Origin: Candidatus Methanoperedens sp.
GTDB lineage: Archaea; Halobacteriota; Methanosarcinia; Methanosarcinales; Methanoperedenaceae
Length of the DNA: 32,000 nucleotides
NCBI GenBank assembly: GCA_027460535.1
Contig: JAPZAR010000007.1
Span: 90,001-122,000, forward strand
Reading direction: 5' to 3'
The translations under genes were made by a program, and so were the position numbers. The notes under the pieces were generated by a model. It saw only the letters and a program-made list of their open reading frames with translations, did no database searches and was not told where the DNA came from. Each line of letters begins with the position of its first letter. Within the stretch, counting starts at the first letter, position 1. Positions 7,541 to 15,000 of the stretch are shown piece by piece.

Positions 7541-8579
7541 AATGATAATTATGAAACAATATATCCAGAAACTCGTCCAGAAGCAGAACCTGACGACAGA
7601 AGAAGCACAGCTTGCGGTGTCAAAGATATTTACAGAGGCCACAGATGCACAGATAGCGGCATTCTTAACTGCGCTGAAGATGAAAGGGGAGACACCTGCG
7701 GAAATCGCGGGGCTTGCTCTCGGTATGAAGAAAGCTGCCAACATGATAAACCCGAAAGTTAAGGGCATTCTCGTGGATACCTGCGGCACAGGAGGGGATT
7801 CCACAGGTACCATAAATGTGAGCACCGGGGCAGCTATCGTGGCAGCGGCCTGCGGCGTCCCGGTCGCCAAGCATGGGAACTACTCAATCACATCAAAATC
7901 AGGGAGCGCCGATGTGCTCAAAGAACTCGGGGTAAAGATAGACCTTCCTCCGCAGGAAGTGCAGAAGACCATCGAAAAGGTTGGCATCGGGTTCATGCTC
8001 GCCCCTGTGTTCCATCCCTCAATGAAACGTGTGGCACAGATAAGGCGCGATCTTGGATTCAGAACGGTTTTCAATATCCTGGGACCGCTCACCAATCCTG
8101 CAAACGCAAAGGCACAGGTAATCGGTGTTTTTGACAAGTCCCTGTGCGAACCCGTGGCGAACGTGCTTGGCATTCTTGGAACTGAAAGAGCGCTTGTAGT
8201 TCACGGAAGCGGTATGGATGAGATATCGAACACAGGTGAAACTCAGATAGTGGAATTGAACGGGGGACGGCTGACAAAATTTATTGTGACGCCCGAGAAG
8301 CTTGGCATAAGGCGCGCCTCGGGTAGCGAGATAGCTGGCGGAACCCCTGAGGAGAATGCGAAGGATATCGTAGAAGTATTGAAGGGTAAGAAAGGTCCAA
8401 AACGGGACATCATTGCTATCAATGCGGGGGCAGCTCTTCTGGTCAGTGGAAAAGCAGAAACCCTCGCGTCCGGGATAGCACTGGCGAATCAGGCTATCGA
8501 TAGCGGCAAAGCCCTGGAAAAGCTGAAAGACTTTGTGAACGCAGCAGGTGACCCGGAAAAGCTTGCACGGTTTTTGTGA
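7524..8579 (+). CDS. trpD: Anthranilate phosphoribosyltransferase
   Basis: Contains GTGGDSTGTINVSTGAAIVAAACGVPVAKHGN and the family-typical N-terminal LTTEEA helix. The start is ambiguous: ATG at 7524 (leaderless if transcription starts about 7524), 7542 or 7551 (MKQYIQKL...). Confidence 0.93.
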   Translation: MYKDVQMIIMKQYIQKLVQKQNLTTEEAQLAVSKIFTEATDAQIAAFLTALKMKGETPAEIAGLALGMKKAANMINPKVKGILVDTCGTGGDSTGTINVSTGAAIVAAACGVPVAKHGNYSITSKSGSADVLKELGVKIDLPPQEVQKTIEKVGIGFMLAPVFHPSMKRVAQIRRDLGFRTVFNILGPLTNPANAKAQVIGVFDKSLCEPVANVLGILGTERALVVHGSGMDEISNTGETQIVELNGGRLTKFIVTPEKLGIRRASGSEIAGGTPEENAKDIVEVLKGKKGPKRDIIAINAGAALLVSGKAETLASGIALANQAIDSGKALEKLKDFVNAAGDPEKLARFL

Positions 8580-8597
8580 TTAAAAACCGCAGATAAA

Positions 8598-8766
8598 GGC
8601 GCCCAGAGTCGCGGGCCTCCCGAGTCACGCCTCGGGAGGGCGTATCCGCATATGGCGTTGCCATATGCGTGTGCGGAGTCGAGAACCCGCAGGGTTTCGG
8701 AGCGGCGCATTCACGTATGCCCCCACAGGGGCATACGTGTCTATGCATTGCGGCGGGCATGACGCC
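8598..8766. other. GC-rich cluster of perfect hairpins/palindromes between trpD and trpF
   Basis: H1 pairs 8616-8624 with 8631-8639 (9 bp). H2 pairs 8647-8656 with 8660-8669 (10 bp, 3-nt loop). H3 is imperfect, around 8683-8697. H4 pairs 8712-8723 with 8728-8739 (12 bp, loop CACA). Confidence 0.6.
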
Positions 8767-8819
8767 AATGAACGCGGATTTGTCAGGATGAACTCAGATA
8801 TATTAAAATAATAACTACC

Positions 8820-9464
8820 ATGAGAGTAAAAATATGCGGGATTAAAACTGAGCGGGACCTTGCGATTGCAGTGAACGCGGGGGCTGATGCAGTTGGCTTC
8901 ATCACAGAAGTGCCTGTGGATTCACCAAGGAAAATAAGTCTGGCCGATGCATCAAGATTGATCTCAAAGGTGCCGCTGTTTATAACCCCCGTGCTTGTCA
9001 TAATGCCGGAAAATGCAGAGCAGGCAGTCAGCATGGTCCATGCAGCTAAACCCGGTGCTGTTCAAATACATAATGCGCTTCCGCTGCCTGAACTTAAGAA
9101 AATAAGGGAAACTGGCGTAAAGCTCATCAAGACGATTCCCGTATCTCTTGATGCAGACCCGAAATTGCTCATGGATCTAGTGGCAGAACTCAAAGGGACA
9201 GCCGACGCGGTACTTCTCGATACAATGCAGGATGGGAGATCCGGTGGAACGGGATTGCCACATGACTGGAAGATAAGTTCCGAAGTGATCCTTCGCGCGG
9301 GAATACCCGTGATACTGGCAGGCGGGCTGAACCCTCAGAATGTGAAAGCTGCGGTCAGGAATGCGCGACCTTATGCCGTAGATACGGCTTCGGGCGTTGA
9401 GACGGATGGCAGAAAGGATGAGAAAAAAGTCGTTGATTTCATCAGCAATGCGAGGATGGCATGA
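8820..9464 (+). CDS. trpF: Phosphoribosylanthranilate isomerase
   Basis: 214 aa. Begins MRVKICGIKTERDLAIAVNAGADAVGFI. Its end overlaps the trpE start in an ATGA. Confidence 0.9.
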   Translation: MRVKICGIKTERDLAIAVNAGADAVGFITEVPVDSPRKISLADASRLISKVPLFITPVLVIMPENAEQAVSMVHAAKPGAVQIHNALPLPELKKIRETGVKLIKTIPVSLDADPKLLMDLVAELKGTADAVLLDTMQDGRSGGTGLPHDWKISSEVILRAGIPVILAGGLNPQNVKAAVRNARPYAVDTASGVETDGRKDEKKVVDFISNARMA

Positions 9465-11038
9465 AATTCGATATAGGGAGAGAGGAATTTGTCCAGCTTG
9501 CCGGAGAAAAACCGGTTATAATCCAGTTAATGGCCAAGGTGAAAACAGCATGTTCTCCCCTTGACCTGTATGCCTCACTGGACAAGGATTGCGCTTACCT
9601 CCTTGAATCGGTTGAGAAAGAGAAAAAGCACGCACGTTTTTCGTTCGTAGGGGCGGAACCCGACGCCGTTGTCACTATCAAGGGCCGCGTGTTAACCCTG
9701 GATTACTTTAATGAATCGAATTTGATAGATCTTATTATGTCCTCCCTTTCAAATGTCTGCATTTTTAACAGGCCCGGCAAAAAAAGGAAAAATCCCATCG
9801 GTCTATCAAATATGGAAATCGGTTCAAAAACAGTGGGCATTATCAAGAACGGTTATGATACAATGGATGCAATCAGGTCGGCGTTTGCAGCAACGGGCGT
9901 GAAATTTATTGGCAGGGGTTTTGGCAGGCAGACCTTCCTGGGCGGTGCGATCGGCTTCTGTGCATATGATATGGTGTACGATTGCTGGCTCGACTTGAAG
10001 GCTAAGGAAGTAAATACTCCCGACGCACAGTTTGCGATCACAACAAAGACCGTGGTTTTCGATCACCTGACCGATGATACGTTCTTGGTCATGACGCCTC
10101 TTGTGCTGGAAGGGGATGATCCTGAAGAAGTATATATATCTGCGGAATCAGAGGCTGGAAAACTTGTCTCCAGAATAAGCAGGGCAAAACCATTGAAGAT
10201 CCCTGAGAACACCCTCACAAGCGTAACATGCAATATGAAAAAAGAGGAATATGAAGATGCCGTCAGGAAAGCTAAAAAACATATAGTTGATGGCGATATT
10301 TTCCAGGTGGTGCTCTCCCGCAGGTATGAGGTGATCACTGACCAGACGCCAATTGAACTGTATGCCGCGCTCAGGACCGTAAATCCAAGCCCCTACATGT
10401 ACCTTTTCGAGTTCGATGGGACAAGCATCATCGGCGCGAGCCCCGAAACCCTGCTTTCTGTCCATAACCGGAAAGTGATCATCAATCCTATCGCAGGCTC
10501 ATGCCCGAGGGGTAAGACAGAGGAGGAGGACCTGGAGTTCGCAAAAGAGATGCTGGGCAGCCAGAAAGAACGTGCAGAGCATGTGATGCTCGTTGACCTT
10601 GGGCGCAATGATGTCCGGATGGTATCAAAGGGAGGCACGGTAAAAGTTGAGGATTTCATGTCAGTGCTGAAATATTCCCATATCCAGCACATCGAGAGCA
10701 CAGTATCTGGCGTGCTGCGTGATGAGTGCGACCAATTCGATGCCACACGGGCAATCTTTCCAGCAGGCACTCTCTCGGGTGCGCCCAAGATACGCGCCAT
10801 GGAGATAATACATGAGCTTGAGAAAGACGGAAGAGGAATCTATGGAGGGGGCGTTGGTTATTATTCCTGGAACGGGGATGCGGATTTTGCCATTGTGATA
10901 AGAACGATAATCAAGACCGGGAAGAAGGCGATCGTACAGGCGGGTGCCGGGATAGTTGCCGATTCCGACCCTGAATACGAGTATAACGAGACCGAGCGCA
11001 AGATGGCAGCGATGATAAAAGCGATTGGAGGAACATGA
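9461..11038 (+). CDS. trpE: Anthranilate synthase component I
   Basis: 525 aa. Contains the LLESV feedback-site motif, DIFQVVLSRR, and GGGVGYYSWNGDADFAIVIRT. It overlaps both neighbours by 4 nt. Confidence 0.95.
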   Translation: MKFDIGREEFVQLAGEKPVIIQLMAKVKTACSPLDLYASLDKDCAYLLESVEKEKKHARFSFVGAEPDAVVTIKGRVLTLDYFNESNLIDLIMSSLSNVCIFNRPGKKRKNPIGLSNMEIGSKTVGIIKNGYDTMDAIRSAFAATGVKFIGRGFGRQTFLGGAIGFCAYDMVYDCWLDLKAKEVNTPDAQFAITTKTVVFDHLTDDTFLVMTPLVLEGDDPEEVYISAESEAGKLVSRISRAKPLKIPENTLTSVTCNMKKEEYEDAVRKAKKHIVDGDIFQVVLSRRYEVITDQTPIELYAALRTVNPSPYMYLFEFDGTSIIGASPETLLSVHNRKVIINPIAGSCPRGKTEEEDLEFAKEMLGSQKERAEHVMLVDLGRNDVRMVSKGGTVKVEDFMSVLKYSHIQHIESTVSGVLRDECDQFDATRAIFPAGTLSGAPKIRAMEIIHELEKDGRGIYGGGVGYYSWNGDADFAIVIRTIIKTGKKAIVQAGAGIVADSDPEYEYNETERKMAAMIKAIGGT

Positions 11039-11622
11039 AGGTCTTGTTCGTGAACAACAAGGACTCTTTCGTGTGGAACCTTGTGGATTACGTGTCCATA
11101 TTCGAACCCGATACTGTTGTGGTCCCGAACACCATTTCTCTGAAAGAAGTCCGAGAAATCAACCCTGATGCCATCGTGATATCCCCGGGCCCTGGGCATC
11201 CTGAGAACCCGAAGGATATCGGAACCTGTCTTGAGATCATAAGAGGATCGAGCGTTCCTCTCCTTGGAGTATGCCTTGGACACCAGGCAATTGCTGTGGC
11301 TTTCGGGGGAGAAGTGAGTCATTCGCCTTCCGGACCGCTCCACGGGAAGACAGCAGAGATTTACCATGACGGGAGCGGCATATACCAGGGATTGCCGAAC
11401 CCTCTTATCGGGGGAAGATACCATTCACTTGCAATAATAAAGTTGCCGCGAGAGCTTGAAGTGACAGCGAGAACCAAAGATGATATCATTATGGGAGTAA
11501 AGCACAGGAAAAGACCTATCTTCGGGCTGCAGTTCCATCCCGAGTCCGTGCTGACGCCAGATGGATTGAAGATCGTGGAGAATTTTTTGAAGCTGGCATC
11601 GAAACAACCACCATCAAAATAA
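11035..11622 (+). CDS. trpG: Anthranilate synthase component II (glutamine amidotransferase)
   Basis: 195 aa. Contains LGVCLGHQAI (catalytic Cys) and FGLQFHPES. Confidence 0.95.
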   Translation: MKVLFVNNKDSFVWNLVDYVSIFEPDTVVVPNTISLKEVREINPDAIVISPGPGHPENPKDIGTCLEIIRGSSVPLLGVCLGHQAIAVAFGGEVSHSPSGPLHGKTAEIYHDGSGIYQGLPNPLIGGRYHSLAIIKLPRELEVTARTKDDIIMGVKHRKRPIFGLQFHPESVLTPDGLKIVENFLKLASKQPPSK

Positions 11623-11751
11623 TTAATTGAATTTTATATTATAAATTCTCAATCATAATCAGTGCAAAGATTAGAATTATGCTGTTATCTCCCTGTAAAA
11701 AATTTTGAAAAAATATCCGTATTCCGAAAAAGAGGTTTGCTTCCCAAACCA

Positions 11752-11760
11752 TTAAATATA
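11752..11760 (+). promoter_or_regulatory. Candidate TATA box of tRNA-Glu
   Basis: TTAAATATA is centred about 29 nt upstream of tRNA position 1. Confidence 0.35.
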
Positions 11761-11784
11761 GTAGTGTAATATTAAGCCATCTGC

Positions 11785-11891
11785 GCTCCGATAGTGTAGC
11801 AGGCCAATCATTCTGGCCTTTCAAGTTTTATGCGCGCACAACGCTGAAATAAAGACAGCCAGAGACTCGGGTTCAAATCCCGATCGGAGCA
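11785..11891 (+). tRNA. tRNA-Glu(UUC) with a 33-nt intron at the canonical 37/38 position; CCA not encoded
   Basis: Acceptor GCTCCGA (11785-11791) pairs with TCGGAGC (11884-11890), with discriminator A at 11891. The GTGTAG...CCAATCAT D-arm is typical of archaeal tRNA-Glu. Anticodon stem CTGGC/GCCAG encloses the loop CTTTCA|intron 11824-11856|A. The T-arm is TCGGGTTCAAATCCCGA. Confidence 0.85.
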
Positions 11892-12085
11892 CTTAAATTC
11901 TTTTGATGCTCCATTCCATTGGATGTTCTTTTGTTAAAAATCGTAGAATAGAAGAGAGCACGGGTCAGGGGGGACGGATTATGTCATTACGAATTAGGAT
12001 AATTTCTCCTTGTCCTTTTTCCCATGTAATTCCCTCACAGTGACCTTAGCAATTACTTGTCCGCCATGAGGGGCGCAGTCCAGAA

Positions 12086-15000
12086 TTAGCTTACAATTAT
12101 TCTTCCTTTGGGTTTTACAACTATTACTATACTGCCCATCACACTATTGTTTCCATTGCTGCCGACGGCTTTTATGAGCGCCTGGCCAGCGGTGACACTT
12201 ACGAAATTAGCAAAACCTGAGCCGCTCACTGTCATGCCATCTAAAGGATTTTGTAAGTTGTTGAAATACCCCAGATCAGTATATAAAGTCACATTTGCAA
12301 TTGCCGGATTGCCATCGACATATGTCGCAGTTACCATTATATTGGATGGCTCACCGGTAAACACCACAGGCGGATTTGCACTTAGCTGTATATCACCCAA
12401 TGCTATGTAATTCACGCCTGCGCCGCCACCACCAAGATTTGCACCTCCAGACCATATTATGTTCACAGTAATAAACGTTCCATTCAGATCTGTATAACTG
12501 ATATTTGAAGTGGGAAGAATGAGAGGTACATAACCTGCGCCTTGCACGCCTAGCTGGTACCATACACCCCATTTTTCACCCGGATTCAGGCTTGGCAGTA
12601 CCCAGCTGAGTGTGCTTACATTTCCAACAGTTGTCACATTCGGCTCCGCATTTCCCTTTGCAGGATAGGTAGGGACTGTGAAGTTTGTGCCAATATTTGT
12701 TGTAGCATTGCTACTGTTGGATATGTAGGTTGCAGTTGCCAGCGATAGACCGGTCACATAGTTATGCGGTATCTGTAAATTCAGTGTCGGACCATGCGCT
12801 GAGAAATTTGTTATATTTGATGCAATACCTCGGAATATATTCTGTAGCACGCTGGTATTTGGTGCAAAATAGTATTGTCCACCTGTAATATTGGCAATAT
12901 CAGAGAGTCCGGGATCTACTTCAGATTCGTTAGTGCCAAAACCAATCGTATATATCGTAGTGTTATGCTTTCTGGCACTCTGCGCCTCAAGAAGCATGGA
13001 ATGGTATCCGGCATTGTCAAGGCCATCTGTCATAAGCACAATTGCGGAGTTGCCCGAGACATTGGAGAATTCGTTGTTTGCCTGATATAACCCCTCGTCT
13101 ATGGCTGTAAGTCCAACTGATGTTATTGTGTCTACAGAGTTATTAAGATGGTCTAATGTCGGATAGGAATCATTGAGAGTGGACGTAACGCGTCCTGAGT
13201 ATTGCTTCCAGTTCAAATTCTGGCTTGCGGCAATATTAAATGATGTTTCAGAGGATATATTAACTCCATCAACTTCTATATTGTAATCCGTTCCAGAATA
13301 AATTGGAGCACTTAATGTTTCAAATCCAGAATGGTTGTGGGATTGGTTGATCAGAGTTGCACTCTGGAATAAATACAGTGCAAGTTTATCATTAGCATCT
13401 GGCCATGTAAGATTGAAGGTATAGTTGGTTAGTGTTTCAACGGTATCCGTTTGAAAACCTGATACATGATATGATGCATCTGAGGTAAATCTTATTTTAA
13501 TAGTATCTCCTTTTACCCATGGACTCCAGACGTCACTAATATTAGCTCCAGGCCATGTACCATAGTTAGTATAACTGGCTATCAGATTATTTTTTCCATC
13601 TGAAATATTTACAAAATCATGATCCCCCTCTACGTCAATTTTTGTAAAATGCACTCGAATTTGACTTGCGCCAGGAACTGTTTTATTCCAGGTTAAATTT
13701 TGATTATCTGGATAGTTACCTGAACTTGGATATTTCACAGCCCAGGATGTGCTCATGGTGTTGCCGCCTGTGAAATACCCCACCCACGTGCTACCGTTGC
13801 GGATGTAGCTGGTCTGATTGCCACTATTGGTAATATTGGGTGGATTAGGGTCGCTACTGTATGCAGCAAGACCTACTCTATCTCCTCTAATTGGATCAAA
13901 ACTTGAGATAAATGAATGGGAAGCTAATTTGACAGCACTTTTCTTATCGATATAGGTAGTTATATTAAATGCGCCTGATCCATTGACTGATATGATCCAG
14001 TTTCCCGTTAGAATCGTGTTGTTGTTGTCCTCCACCGGGTCATATACCCCCGGGACTGGTGCAATCCAGACATATTTACCGATGCCTGAATTGTAATAAC
14101 CGGTACGATTGACAAAACCCGACTCGATAGATTTGGGATATTTTGTGCCATTTGGAGATGTTAGAGTAAAATTCAAATTCACATTATCAATAAAAACTTT
14201 GAAATCCGTAACAATGTCGTTGAGCGTTATGGTATCTGTCCAATTTACTGTGCTGTTTGCAATTCCACTGGCCGCATAACTATATGATGTGAATCCATCC
14301 GTTCCGTATTGCCTTGTAGTGATATCAAAATCACTTATTTGCTGGGCGATATTATTATAGATGTCCTGTAACTGGCCGGGCGTTGCCGCATAATAGTAGC
14401 TGCCCGGGCTGGCTATCGCCGACATAGTTGCGTTATCGGCATCTCTGCCGAAACCAATAGTGTATATCTTGATAAAAGAATTATTATTGATGAATGTGGT
14501 CTTGGCCGTATTTGCTTCTTTTAATGCATCGTATGTTGGACTTGAACAGGAAGGGTAACTGTCATCGCAATAGTTCCCTTTAAGATCGTATGTTGGTAAC
14601 CCGTCTGATAGCAGGATTATGTATGGACGGGCGCCCGGACGAGTATTGTTCTTAAGATAGTTCGCTGCATTCCTTATCGCCAGCGCTGTCGGTGTCCCGC
14701 CGCTTGCACTTTGGGCATCTATTTTTTGATTTATGCTGGTCATGTCATATGTTAAATCGTATAGTTTAGTAGTAGTTCCGCTAAATGTGAGCAGCCCGAC
14801 CCTGTCATTGCTTATCATATTACTATTGAATTGTTTTGCTGCTGTTTTAACGGCATCTATTTTTTTAGTCGTATTGACAATAGGATCATCCATGCTTCCC
14901 GAAGTATCGCTTACGAGCATGATATCCAATGGAGTTCCTGCATAATAATCAGGATCCATGCTTCCTGATGTGTCAAGTACAAGCATGGCATTTGCGGCAG

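Noticed and set aside
7514-7870. 118-aa minus-strand ORF overlapping the trpD start
   Set aside because: It is antisense to trpD, has a low-complexity translation, and has no RBS or promoter context.
8712-8739. Resemblance of the CACGTATGCCCC/GGGGCATACGTG hairpin to group II intron domain V (CGUAUG...CGUACG)
   Set aside because: The stem is perfect with no 2-nt bulge, has no AGC triad at the base, and its loop is CACA rather than GNRA. No other intron domains or an IEP ORF are nearby.
8489-8760. Two minus-strand ORFs (73 and 88 aa) running through the trpD-trpF spacer
   Set aside because: They run through the GC-rich palindrome cluster and into the trpD 3' end. Their Arg/Pro/Gly/Cys-rich translations look like a by-product of GC richness, so structure explains the region better than coding.
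8580-8819. Bacterial-style trp attenuator (leader peptide with tandem Trp codons plus alternative hairpins)
   Set aside because: I translated the small ATG-initiated frames in the spacer (36 and 48 codons) and neither contains a Trp codon. The hairpins are independent perfect palindromes, not overlapping alternative pairings.
9824-11424. Minus-strand ORFs inside trpE/trpG (up to 187 aa, 10861-11424)
   Set aside because: They are antisense to two motif-confirmed trp genes and have no recognisable motifs.
11639-11824. 61-aa minus-strand ORF
   Set aside because: It overlaps the tRNA-Glu gene and its promoter, and its low-complexity translation is better explained by the tRNA.
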